Part shown: piece by piece, positions 43,406 through 52,448 of the stretch
How positions within the stretch are numbered: the stretch's first letter is position 1
Layout: the number at the start of each line of letters is the position of its first letter
DNA from: a virus
Length of the DNA stretch: 64,000 nt
Direction: 5' to 3' (one strand)
Virus record (IMG/VR): IMGVR_UViG_3300045988_171964
The notes under the pieces: model-generated
Databases searched by the model: none
Told to the model about the DNA's origin: nothing
Seen by the model: only the letters and a program-made list of their open reading frames with translations
Made by a program: the position numbers and the translations under genes

Positions 43406-43413
43406 GCTTTATC

Positions 43414-44010
43414 ATGTTTGAGATATACGTTAAAATGAAGAAAAGGAAGTGCTGGAAACTCGCTATAGAGGTTCCCAATGCTTGGGGTGGAATGCCTCAC
43501 CTCTGGATGTATCTGGAAAAGAAATACCTTCCATCTTACGTACCGGTAGGAGCTGATGGAAAACCGCTGGATTTGGAATGGGTGAAGGAAGCACAGGCAA
43601 AAGGTGAATATGCAAGCCGCTGGATCTATGCTTCATCCAGAAAGGAGATCGAGGATCTACAGAAAGATTTCCGCTTAACTTATGAGGAAATGATGGTGTT
43701 CAGATCTACCTTTGATTTCGCAAAGGTTCTAGGCGAAGATATACCAGTTTATCTTGATTGTTTAAAGGTTGTCGCTGATGAGTGTGGAGGTATCTATCCA
43801 CAACAATACAAGGAACTGAGTGACTTTATTAAGGTCCACAGCATAGATGATATTGAGGCGATCGCTTTCAACCAGACTAGCGTAAACTGCGCCTATGATT
43901 TCTTTGGCAACAGATACAATGAGCCAGCAGATAACTTCTGGGACTGCATGTGTCCAAAGGATTTTTATGACAACCTCAGAAAAGATTGTGATACTAAAGA
44001 CGAATTTTAA
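43414..44010 (+). CDS. Hypothetical protein (198 aa)
   Basis: ORF in the operon. Confidence 0.6.
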   Translation: MFEIYVKMKKRKCWKLAIEVPNAWGGMPHLWMYLEKKYLPSYVPVGADGKPLDLEWVKEAQAKGEYASRWIYASSRKEIEDLQKDFRLTYEEMMVFRSTFDFAKVLGEDIPVYLDCLKVVADECGGIYPQQYKELSDFIKVHSIDDIEAIAFNQTSVNCAYDFFGNRYNEPADNFWDCMCPKDFYDNLRKDCDTKDEF

Positions 44011-44021
44011 ATAATAAGATT

Positions 44022-44573
44022 ATGAGTTTATACACAAAAGAAGAAAAGAAAAAATCCCTTTGGCATCCTATTACCGATGAGGATTTCACTATTGACTTCA
44101 GTAAGCCGTTTATTGTTTGTTGCGATGATGCTTCTCTCTTCATCGTGGAAGATTTTGCAGATATGTTTAACTATCTGGATGAAGATCGATTCTACGATGT
44201 CAAGGCGCAAACCTTGTCTGAAGAAGGCAAGGAGGAATTTCGAGAAGACTATTGTGGATATATGTATCTCGACGAGGATTTTTACCATGCGATAGATTGG
44301 GCGAAGGGCAAGTATATCGAGGACGTGAAAGGCGATCGAGAGAGACCTGACTTGTTCGTAATGTACGAATCGGGTCCAAAGGTGTTTGACCATTTCGATT
44401 TCGGTCAGAGCGGTACTCTGGTATACGACGGGACACCGTTACTGCGCAGAGAGTTCGCTGCAAGATACCCCGAATTATACCACGTAGAGTATATCGTTAA
44501 TCTGAACAGGGTTTCAGAAACCCAGCTCAGTGCTTTGTTCAGAGCGCCTCTCGATGAGTCTCTTAGCAAGTGA
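44022..44573 (+). CDS. Hypothetical acidic protein (183 aa)
   Basis: ORF in the operon. Confidence 0.6.
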   Translation: MSLYTKEEKKKSLWHPITDEDFTIDFSKPFIVCCDDASLFIVEDFADMFNYLDEDRFYDVKAQTLSEEGKEEFREDYCGYMYLDEDFYHAIDWAKGKYIEDVKGDRERPDLFVMYESGPKVFDHFDFGQSGTLVYDGTPLLRREFAARYPELYHVEYIVNLNRVSETQLSALFRAPLDESLSK

Positions 44574-44602
44574 CTTTAAGGATTTATAAAAAAGAATATA
44601 TT

Positions 44603-44968
44603 ATGATACAGATTCAAGATTGGGAGTCATCCAAAAAGATTGTTGTCGTGGATGAAAATCATCACGGCACCGTACAGGTGGAGGTACCGAAGCCTGGACC
44701 TTATAAAGACGAGTATTATCAGTATGCCGATTGCGCTATCTACAACCTTTGGGTAGATGAGAAGTACCGCAAGCAGGGAACGGCTCGCCTCCTGATGGAG
44801 ACCGCAGAGCGGGAAGCTAAGAAACTGGGCTGCAAGTCGGCACAGCTGGAATGGGATGATAAAGGCAGTAAGCTTTTCGTTCTCGAATGGTATAAACGCC
44901 TTGGCTATCGTGTAATGGCAAGGAATGAAAACGATCGTCTGCTGCTGGTGAAGAAACTTCAATGTTGA
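44603..44968 (+). CDS. GNAT-family N-acetyltransferase (121 aa; alternative start 44570)
   Basis: LWVDEKYRKQGTARLLMETAEREAKKLGC...LEWYKRLGY is a typical GNAT motif A region. Confidence 0.65.
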   Translation: MIQIQDWESSKKIVVVDENHHGTVQVEVPKPGPYKDEYYQYADCAIYNLWVDEKYRKQGTARLLMETAEREAKKLGCKSAQLEWDDKGSKLFVLEWYKRLGYRVMARNENDRLLLVKKLQC

Positions 44969-45051
44969 GTGTTGAATGTTGAGTGTTGATTTAGTCTAGC
45001 GCCCTTGAGCCCGTCAGGCAATTCAACATTCAACACTCAACATTCAACATT
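44960..45051. repeat. Inverted pair of (TGTTGAR)4 / (YTCAACA)4 heptamer arrays forming a long hairpin
   Basis: caatgttgagtgttgaatgttgagtgttgatt at 44960-44992 faces aattcaacattcaacactcaacattcaacatt at 45020-45051. The loop is about 27 nt. Confidence 0.85.
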
Positions 45052-45090
45052 AAAAAGGTTTTTGTCCCAGACATAAAAACCTTTTTTCTT
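45052..45090 (+). terminator. Intrinsic terminator
   Basis: aaaaaggttttt-N11-aaaaacctttttt followed by ctt. Confidence 0.65.
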
Positions 45091-45097
45091 ACCTTTG
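45090..45097 (+). promoter_or_regulatory. Bacteroidota-type -7 box (TACCTTTG)
   Basis: cttaccTTTGcaaac lies about 30 nt upstream of the ATG at 45126. Confidence 0.55.
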
Positions 45098-45125
45098 CAA
45101 ACAGAAAATAAGATTTATAGAGAAT

Positions 45126-45587
45126 ATGACAGAAAAGGAACAATACGAACTCCTTTTGGAGTTGAAAGACCTTGCAGAATGGATGCAAAATAGCGCACCT
45201 GGTTTTGATGTAGAGGAGTATAGATCGCTCGAAGAGCAGATAAAGAGTCTGAATCAGGAATCGGGTGATTTCTATGAGGTCATTATTGAAATCCATTTTA
45301 ATAATGGCAGATACATCACTCTCCACAATCAAGCCTTTGAGACTTTGGTGCAGGATTCATATATAGGCGATGAGATTGATGCTACGTCGAAGGATACGGT
45401 GATAGGAGTTACATACATAGACTCAGAGACAGACTATACGCAGATGGTGATTCCTATCAGTTCCATCTGCTACATTTCTGCCTACACCCAAGAAATCAAG
45501 TGGCAGGAGCGATGGGATGCACTGAGCAAAGATAAGAAAGATGACTACATTGCAGCCTTCGATGAACAGTACGAAAATCGCCATTAA
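45126..45587 (+). CDS. Hypothetical protein (153 aa)
   Basis: ORF after a -7 box. Confidence 0.65.
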   Translation: MTEKEQYELLLELKDLAEWMQNSAPGFDVEEYRSLEEQIKSLNQESGDFYEVIIEIHFNNGRYITLHNQAFETLVQDSYIGDEIDATSKDTVIGVTYIDSETDYTQMVIPISSICYISAYTQEIKWQERWDALSKDKKDDYIAAFDEQYENRH

Positions 45588-45603
45588 GGTAAATAGAATT
45601 TTT

Positions 45604-45875
45604 ATTCTTCTAATGTTTTGTCAGATATATTTTATAAGTTAAACGATTATTTTTTACTTATCGAAAATCGCTTAGTTTCCTTCGTTGTGAAACGCGGGGT
45701 TCTAATTTCTTCATTAATTCTAATGTGTGTGTAAAGAATAGATTCTTCTAATGTTTTATCACAATATGCTAAACGTATTTAGTTACAATTATTTTATTCA
45801 AAATTATGAGTTGTTAAAGTTTATCTTGGTTCCTTCGTTGTGAAACGCGGGAGCTTTTTATTCTTCGTTAATTAG
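45604..45875. repeat. Two copies of a direct repeat (offset about 140-150 bp) in the convergent intergenic region next to terL
   Basis: attcttctaatgtttt at 45604 and 45742. ttccttcgttgtgaaacgcggg at 45677 and 45830. ttcttc(a/g)ttaatt at 45706 and 45862. Confidence 0.75.
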
Positions 45876-45910
45876 TTCTCATATTTGAACTTAGTTTATG
45901 GTTATAGTAA

Positions 45911-45943
45911 GAGGGGCGGCTGTCGCGTTGACATCCGCCCCTC
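45911..45943 (-). terminator. GC hairpin downstream of terL
   Basis: gaggggcgg-N15-ccgcccctc. It follows the heptamer array at 45952-45979 in the terL transcription direction. Confidence 0.5.
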
Positions 45944-45951
45944 ATTCCTAA

Positions 45952-45979
45952 TTCAACATTCAACATTCAGCATTCAACA
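45952..45979 (-). repeat. (TGTTGAA)4 heptamer array (read on the minus strand) immediately after the terL stop
   Basis: The plus strand reads ttcaaca ttcaaca ttcagca ttcaaca. Confidence 0.8.
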
Positions 45980-45984
45980 TTTAG

Positions 45985-47988
45985 TTAAACGTTTCTTCCG
46001 TCCGGCAGTACGAACCAGCCGATATTACCTCGCCAGAATTTGCAGCCCAGATATAGCGAGTCGAAGGCATCGGTGAAGTCTGTTCTCTGCTGCAACGGCA
46101 GGTTGTCTTCCGTTTCCGGCTTCTTCTCCTGGCTCTTATCCTTTCGGAATCCCTGATAACCGATGCTTACCTCACAAAGTTGCAGGGCAATAATCAGGTC
46201 GGGGTTGTTAGGCTGATTGATACGAATAGCAGGATATTCTATGCCGGCAAGACCATTATTGATGATACGGTGCTTCACCTCATGCTTTTCCGGCACACCC
46301 ATATCTATTGCCGTAACATTCCAGCCATTGCGCTCCAACTCCTTAATCACTGCCTGGTAGAATCGCTCATCGGTCAAGGCATACGATGCACCTTGCTTTG
46401 CGGTAGCATCATAGTAGTAAACCACATCTCTGTTCACGGCTCTCTTCGGAGCATAGTAATGCGAGAAATCATCTACCAACTCTCTCAGCTTGCGCTCGTT
46501 CTTCACGTAGAAACTCTTGATAACATTCACTGCCTCTACTCCGTCACGCTGATATACCTGACCTACCACCAGGGTATTGATATTGGCGTTATAGTCAAAT
46601 GCGAGATAAAGAGGAAGGTCGTTTATGCAGTCGCTATCCATACGGCAGTCGTTTCTCTCGGACAGCTCTTTTAAGTCGGGCTGATAACTCTCTGATGTAA
46701 TCTTCTTGCCGCCGATGATGCCCGTAGCCTTTTTTGTTTCCCACTTCGCCACTGAGAGCGGATCTATCTCGTTGTCGGGGATATAACCGTGTACCCTATC
46801 TATATCCAGGTTAGAGTAAAAACCGTCATTTGATTTCTTGATTTTGATGTTCAATATTGAAACGGCGAAGGTATAGGCAGGGAGATCTCGCTTTAACTGC
46901 CTGATGTAATCCTCACCGAGAATGTCCACATTCTCGAGAGTAGATGCCCTGCGTACTACGAAAGCTGAACGCCTCAATTCTCTCAGATATTTATCTTGGA
47001 ATTTCTTAGAACGTAAAAACATCTGCATCTCGAAATCCTCTTCTGGTGTAATCAGATATTCGTAATCATAGATGAGTTCGGCATCTTCTGCAGTAACCAG
47101 TTTGTAGTTTACCGCCATATCTACCATGTTTTTGGTAAGATGATTTCCGTGTTTAGGTAGAATACGAAACATGCCCTCATGCTTCAGCATTTTCAATGCT
47201 ATTGCACGAATCATCGTTCTTACTTCCGCAGGAACCACATGGGGTGTGTGTCTTGATTTTTGGGCATTATAGAGCAGGTCATTGTAAAAGATAACTTTAT
47301 TGGCATATTCTTCCAACTGCTCCTGCACCCATCGGTAGGTTTTACCTTTAAAAATTCCGTTCTCTATCACTAGGTCTAACTTCTCATCTTCTCTTTCCAG
47401 CCAACTGCCTTTTGCGGTCAGAGCAGCATCGGAAACGAAAAGCCTACCTCTATAGTAAGGGTTATATTCAGAAAACTCTATATTGCCTAATGGATGAGTC
47501 TGTCCTGATAGAGAAGGCATAAACTCCTCGTCGATTTTCTTTTTGTTTGCAAATCTACCTTCATCCAAAATGGCGTGTGAAAACGTATAAGAGTTTGCTG
47601 ATGCAGTTTGTGCAAGGGATATGGAAGCCCATTGTGCGCCGTTGGCGAACCATATAATATTATCATAATTTTTTGGCTTAAAAATGGCAGGGCGGGCATG
47701 TTTCGGTGGCCTTCCCCATCCCATGTGAATACCTATTGTGAAGCCAAACATTCGTTCCATGGCTGCCATGGTACCAGGAATAGTTTTAGAAAATGCTTGC
47801 TGTCTTGAAATAGCAAGCCAAGCTCCCAACATGCCGGGCATAGAGTTTGATACCGCCCATACGCGTGGCGCTACCAATCCGTCTGTTTTACCGGTACGTC
47901 GTCCAGCTATGACGATTTCGTCTTTTGCCCCCATATAAAAGAGTTCCTGCTGGAATCTGTTTAAATATATCTGATGTGGTTGCTGCAT
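45985..47988 (-). CDS. terL: Terminase large subunit (667 aa)
   Basis: N-terminal Walker A-like VIAGRRTGKTDG. Size and overall pattern match phage TerL, including an acidic nuclease-half region. Confidence 0.8.
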   Translation of the reverse strand: MQQPHQIYLNRFQQELFYMGAKDEIVIAGRRTGKTDGLVAPRVWAVSNSMPGMLGAWLAISRQQAFSKTIPGTMAAMERMFGFTIGIHMGWGRPPKHARPAIFKPKNYDNIIWFANGAQWASISLAQTASANSYTFSHAILDEGRFANKKKIDEEFMPSLSGQTHPLGNIEFSEYNPYYRGRLFVSDAALTAKGSWLEREDEKLDLVIENGIFKGKTYRWVQEQLEEYANKVIFYNDLLYNAQKSRHTPHVVPAEVRTMIRAIALKMLKHEGMFRILPKHGNHLTKNMVDMAVNYKLVTAEDAELIYDYEYLITPEEDFEMQMFLRSKKFQDKYLRELRRSAFVVRRASTLENVDILGEDYIRQLKRDLPAYTFAVSILNIKIKKSNDGFYSNLDIDRVHGYIPDNEIDPLSVAKWETKKATGIIGGKKITSESYQPDLKELSERNDCRMDSDCINDLPLYLAFDYNANINTLVVGQVYQRDGVEAVNVIKSFYVKNERKLRELVDDFSHYYAPKRAVNRDVVYYYDATAKQGASYALTDERFYQAVIKELERNGWNVTAIDMGVPEKHEVKHRIINNGLAGIEYPAIRINQPNNPDLIIALQLCEVSIGYQGFRKDKSQEKKPETEDNLPLQQRTDFTDAFDSLYLGCKFWRGNIGWFVLPDGRNV

Positions 47989-48094
47989 AAAAATGAAAAT
48001 GTTATCCTGAATGTATGTTTTTTAGCCGCATCCTTGCGTCCGTTAGGCGTTCCTGCGGATTTAAAATCCGTAGATAAGTCAGTTTTTTACAATC

Positions 48095-48376
48095 TTAGAG
48101 CAATTTTGCTGGCTGGCAATCATCGATTAACTTGCGTGTCTCTTTGGCACACTCAGCCACGCATCTCTCGACTGCCTCGGTGATGTCTTGAATTTGATCC
48201 TCACGCATATTGCCGTATTTATCGCAAGTGTCGTTTATTATTTTGTAGAGAACCTGATTTTGTAAAGCCTCCATATAATCTACGTACTCCTTGCAAGTAT
48301 TGCGCCGAGGTGCTTGCACCCATTTAAGAAAGCCCTGCTTCCAGTCTTTCCATGTTTTGATTTTTATTACTATCAT
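48095..48376 (-). CDS. Hypothetical protein (93 aa)
   Basis: ORF in the minus-strand operon upstream of terL. Confidence 0.55.
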   Translation of the reverse strand: MIVIKIKTWKDWKQGFLKWVQAPRRNTCKEYVDYMEALQNQVLYKIINDTCDKYGNMREDQIQDITEAVERCVAECAKETRKLIDDCQPAKLL

Positions 48377-48382
48377 TGTTGC

Positions 48383-48706
48383 TTACATTTTAAATTGTCG
48401 TTTCAAAAACTGGTTGCTCTTTATGAGTTCTATCATTTCTTCTTCTGAGTGTACTCCTCCCCAGAAGAGTTCGGTATGGTCTCCGACTCTATCTTCATCT
48501 ACAGAGAAAGGTACACCGTAGTTGGTGTAGGTTTCACCATGGTGTTGAACCAGGTGGCGACCTGGGTTTTTCCGGATGTTTTCTATCCAGACTTCATTAT
48601 CACACTCGCACCATTTATTATACTCCTCTCCTGTCAGTGTCATATCAATACCGATAGGGTAGTGTCCGGAGCATCCATTGGTTCCGAAATAAATAATCTT
48701 TGCCAT
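48383..48706 (-). CDS. Hypothetical protein (107 aa)
   Basis: ORF in the minus-strand operon. Confidence 0.6.
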   Translation of the reverse strand: MAKIIYFGTNGCSGHYPIGIDMTLTGEEYNKWCECDNEVWIENIRKNPGRHLVQHHGETYTNYGVPFSVDEDRVGDHTELFWGGVHSEEEMIELIKSNQFLKRQFKM

Positions 48707-48718
48707 AATTTCGCAGAT

Positions 48719-49489
48719 TTAAAATAGACTAGGCTGCATCATTTCTAATTTGATGCGCTTACAAGCCTTGTCGTAATATTCTTTGTTTAATTCAAATCCG
48801 ATGAAGTTTCTCTTTTCTCTGATGCAGGCGATTGCGGTAGTGCCGCTGCCCATGCAATTATCGAGAACGCACCCCCCCACATTGGTATAAGTACATATAA
48901 GATACTGGATAAGGGCGACTGGCTTTTGCGTAGGGTGGAAGGTATCGGCAGAATGTTCTTTATCAAAGCAGATAATGCTCTTTGGGAATTTTTCATCTGA
49001 TACGATAGTAGGCACTTCTTTATGGTCGCCATAACAACCTCGCTTCAAACTATGAGAGCCATCTCCCCTTCGATGATTCCTTTGATGTGGCGCACATTTT
49101 ACCATTTGAGGATTGTAGACAGGTTGTTTTCGATAAAATACTGCAATATCCTCATGTGAGCGCAGAGGCATCTTGTTGGCATTCAGAAAGCCTGTTACCC
49201 GCTGCTTGCTCCAAATAAGATTATATTTCCAGAGTTTCGACTGCGACATCATAAGCTGTGCGGTAAACATGCCCTGGCAGAAAAGAATAATGGCTGCATT
49301 TGGTTTGGTTATGCGCAGATATTCTTTCCATAATGGCTCAAGCGGGATAATGCTATCCCAGCCACCGCCTTCACTCTGTTTGTTGAGAACGCCATAAGGC
49401 AAATCGCAGATAATGCAATCCACGCTTGCGTCCGGAATCTTTTTCATTCCTACCAGACAATCCTCATTATATATCTTATTTAATTCCAT
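48719..49489 (-). CDS. DNA methyltransferase, beta-class, motif IV variant DLPY (256 aa)
   Basis: MELNKIYNEDCLVGMKKIP...DCIICDLPYGV...DNCMGSGTTAIACIREKRNFIGFELNKEYY. The start is chosen at the MELNK Met shared with the paralog. Confidence 0.8.
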   Translation of the reverse strand: MELNKIYNEDCLVGMKKIPDASVDCIICDLPYGVLNKQSEGGGWDSIIPLEPLWKEYLRITKPNAAIILFCQGMFTAQLMMSQSKLWKYNLIWSKQRVTGFLNANKMPLRSHEDIAVFYRKQPVYNPQMVKCAPHQRNHRRGDGSHSLKRGCYGDHKEVPTIVSDEKFPKSIICFDKEHSADTFHPTQKPVALIQYLICTYTNVGGCVLDNCMGSGTTAIACIREKRNFIGFELNKEYYDKACKRIKLEMMQPSLF

Positions 49490-49503
49490 TATAATTATAT
49501 GTT

Positions 49504-50202
49504 TTAGAATAGGCTCGGCTGCATCATTTCTAACTGAATGCGCTTGCAAGCCTTGTCGTAATATTCTTTATTCAGTTCAAAGCCGATGAAGTTCCGCTTT
49601 TCCTTGATGCAGGCGATAGCGGTAGTACCGCTGCCCATAAAAGGATCGAGGACGGTATCACCTTTCAGACTCGAATTGATGATATGTTTTTGAAAGAATG
49701 GTGTTGGCTTTATGGTTGGATGATTCCAAAGATTTTTCTCTGAAGTGTTGAGTGGAGTAATGAAATACGTTCCTTTGGTACTCGTATCACCATAAATACG
49801 AACTCCTTTTTCTCGGAAGAACAAACAATACTCAGTATCAGTAATATATTTATTGCCGCACGCAGGTATCGGGTTTGTCTTGTGCCAAGTAATCAGATTC
49901 CAGTTACAGCCTTTCTCTTTTACAAAGTAATCAAGATATAGAGGAATCTGTTTTTGGCTACACCAAAGATAGATATTTATCTTTTTCATAACCCTGCAGC
50001 ATTCATCTAAAATCTTTAAATCGAATCCGCTCTTTATCTCATCCAGCTCTTTTACATAGCCTTTATCGTCATGGGCGTAAATACCCCCCCCAGAATTGTC
50101 TATAATATAAGGAGGATCACTAACTATTAAGTCGATAGCCTTGGAAGGAATCTTTTTCATTCCTGCCAGGCAATCCTCATTATAAATCTTATTTAATTCC
50201 AT
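49504..50202 (-). CDS. DNA methyltransferase, beta-class, motif IV DPPY (232 aa)
   Basis: MELNKIYNEDCLAGMKKIP...DLIVSDPPYII...DPFMGSGTTAIACIKEKRNFIGFELNKEYY. Confidence 0.85.
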   Translation of the reverse strand: MELNKIYNEDCLAGMKKIPSKAIDLIVSDPPYIIDNSGGGIYAHDDKGYVKELDEIKSGFDLKILDECCRVMKKINIYLWCSQKQIPLYLDYFVKEKGCNWNLITWHKTNPIPACGNKYITDTEYCLFFREKGVRIYGDTSTKGTYFITPLNTSEKNLWNHPTIKPTPFFQKHIINSSLKGDTVLDPFMGSGTTAIACIKEKRNFIGFELNKEYYDKACKRIQLEMMQPSLF

Positions 50203-50229
50203 TCTCTATAAACTATTAACTGTAAACTA

Positions 50230-50463
50230 TTAACTCTTTACTCTCCCCACATGCCATTTCTGGCAAGTCTTGCATTGGTACGCCACATACCCTTGCGCCT
50301 TCAGCTCCGGTCTTTGGTTCAGAAACTCCCAGGCAGCATCCTCTGTTTCGTATGCCACCTTCGCCTTCCAGGTATGCTGTTTTCGGGTGTAATGTTCGGG
50401 GTCCGGTGTAAAGGGAGGAACCTTATTGTGATAATGATGATCACCTTTGCGCTTACTCATCAT
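50230..50463 (-). CDS. Small zinc-ribbon-like protein (77 aa)
   Basis: MMSKRKGDHHYH...YQCKTCQKWHVG. Its start overlaps the stop of the upstream gene (ATGATGAGTAA). Confidence 0.5.
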   Translation of the reverse strand: MMSKRKGDHHYHNKVPPFTPDPEHYTRKQHTWKAKVAYETEDAAWEFLNQRPELKAQGYVAYQCKTCQKWHVGRVKS

Positions 50464-51265
50464 CGCCTCCTTCCTTTTCGGTATCACCTTCCTCTTCCGG
50501 AATATCCATTTCGGCTTCCTTCTTCTCAGCATGTTCATCCAGCACCTCTTCCATATACTCCATATAGTCAGGTACCTTTTCATTATGCTCCTGCAGACTT
50601 TCCTCCTCGGCAATATCCTGCATATCCTTAGCAGTAAGACCATACTTGCGAGCCATTTTTTTCTTGTACTCGTCAGTATAGTTCACCCTATCACGCTTCA
50701 CGATGCTTACATCCTGCGTGATGGCAATGCGGCTCATATCCGGCATTTCCTCGGTAGCATCCTTCTCTTCTAGGAAGTTGCCATAAACGGTAGCCAATGC
50801 CTGCATACCCTTATCCACCGCACGGTCGTTGTTCTGCTGCTTGCCCGTACGGATAAGCCACTCAGCAGAATTGAGATACATCGCCTTGTGACGAGGGCTT
50901 TCATCGGTCATAAAAAAGCGAATAATGTGGTTGCAGACCGCCACATCGTTTGTCAGCTCGGTAATGGTACGGGGTTTGATATTTCCTTCGTCGTCAATAT
51001 CAATATGCAGCGCCATCACCATTTCCTGCGCCTCCCTGTTGCCCTGTCCTGCCTGTTTCATAAACAGCGCGTAGTCGCGTCTTGCTATGTTGCGGCAGGT
51101 AGTCTTGGGGTCTATATCGTTGTTTTGTACCCAGCGCTTGTAGAACTCGTAGCAGAGCTGCATCCTATACTTCTGTTCCAGTTTTGGAAACATCGTGTCG
51201 ATACTCAGTCCATTTGATAGCCATTTGTCTATACGTTGCAGGGTATTCTGCGTAAGTTGACTCAT
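50453..51265 (-). CDS. Hypothetical protein with an acidic C-terminal tail (270 aa); a small-terminase role is possible but unsupported
   Basis: Clean ORF in the operon that contains terL. No diagnostic motif was seen. Confidence 0.65.
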   Translation of the reverse strand: MSQLTQNTLQRIDKWLSNGLSIDTMFPKLEQKYRMQLCYEFYKRWVQNNDIDPKTTCRNIARRDYALFMKQAGQGNREAQEMVMALHIDIDDEGNIKPRTITELTNDVAVCNHIIRFFMTDESPRHKAMYLNSAEWLIRTGKQQNNDRAVDKGMQALATVYGNFLEEKDATEEMPDMSRIAITQDVSIVKRDRVNYTDEYKKKMARKYGLTAKDMQDIAEEESLQEHNEKVPDYMEYMEEVLDEHAEKKEAEMDIPEEEGDTEKEGGDDE

Positions 51266-51370
51266 CTCTTATTAATGTTTAATGTTTAATGTTAACCTGG
51301 TGGGGCATCGAAAACCGAAATTCGTGCTATTCGTGTCATTCGTGTTCAAACTCCCCGAACCCCCGAAACG

Positions 51371-52223
51371 CTATATGGTAAGGTCGATACCAAACTGACC
51401 TTCCAGGAACTTCTTGTAATCGGGCTTACCGAATAGCGGTCCGTTCACCTTATTCCACTCCTTATTATTAGAATAGAACACATCACGTGTGAACCATTCA
51501 TATACGCTATCGTAGCGTTTCAGCGCCGTGCAGTTAGGATGCGTATTTAAGTACTTCTGTCCGGCACGCAGATAAGCCTTCGCTATGCGGGGATGCTTCT
51601 GAAACTCGATAAGGCGCTTGCGTCTGGAAGCCAGAGGACAGCACATGCAGCCGAGTCTTCGAGTAACGTTGATTTGCCCCCCCCGTATCATAGTAGAGTG
51701 GAGCCAGCTTCAAGTCTCTATCAAGAATGAAATCCCTTACGTCTTCATCAGTCCACTCTAAGATAGGGTAAATCTGCTCCACATGGTTCTCTTCTTTCTT
51801 TGCACCAAAATATCGGCACTCGGTAGGCTCGTTATATCTTTCTTTTCTCGCTCTGCTTTCCGCTTTGCGCACACCGATAATGGTTTTATCGAGTACCTTA
51901 TACTCTTTCAGAGCCTCACAGCAGAAACGGGAGAAGCGAGAAGGAAATCCCTTCTTGGCGATAAGCTGAAAGAAATTCTCTTTAGGTCTGAGAATTTCCA
52001 CGCCCATCTCCTTCACGTGGGCGATAGTGCCAGGTGGGTCGATGGTGGTGTTCTTGTATATCGCCCTGTATCTGATACCGGCTTCCTTTGCAAGTTGAAG
52101 GATCACGTCGCTATCTTTGCCGCCCGAATAAGCCAGTTCTATCTCTCCATCGTACCTTTTCTGTACGCTTTGCAGGAGTCGGATAGACTGATCTATCTTT
52201 TTCTGTAATTGCTCGTTTATCAT
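51371..52223 (-). pseudogene. PAPS-reductase-family (PP-loop) gene interrupted by a frameshift at an 8-nt homopolymer
   Basis: The N-terminal ORF 51534..52223 carries AYSGGKDSDV. The C-terminal ORF 51371..51691 carries RRLGCMCCPL. The two frames overlap and switch at C8 (plus strand) 51677-51684. Confidence 0.75.
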
Positions 52224-52320
52224 TTTGCGCCTTTTTAATTTCTTTATTTGCCCACAAAATTACGAAATCGCCCCTAAATGATTGGGACAACCCCCGAACC
52301 CCCTTATCTCGAAATAACAC

Positions 52321-52358
52321 CCCTCTCGCCCCGTCCCCAGCGATTCCATCGCAGGTCC
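52321..52358 (+). repeat. Hairpin element copy 6 (degenerate)
   Basis: ccctctcgccccgtcc-CCAGCGAT-tcc-ATCGCAGG-tcc. The stem-loop is at 52337-52355 with one mismatch. Confidence 0.8.
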
Positions 52359-52396
52359 CTCAATCCTTTTGTCCCCATCTCTCAATAAAAAACCGA

Positions 52397-52404
52397 TACC
52401 TTTG
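52397..52404 (+). promoter_or_regulatory. Bacteroidota-type -7 box (TACCTTTG)
   Basis: gataccTTTGtatcg lies about 45 nt upstream of the ATG at 52449. Confidence 0.55.
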
Positions 52405-52448
52405 TATCGTATTAAAAAACATAGGATAACATTAAAAAGAAAAAAGAA

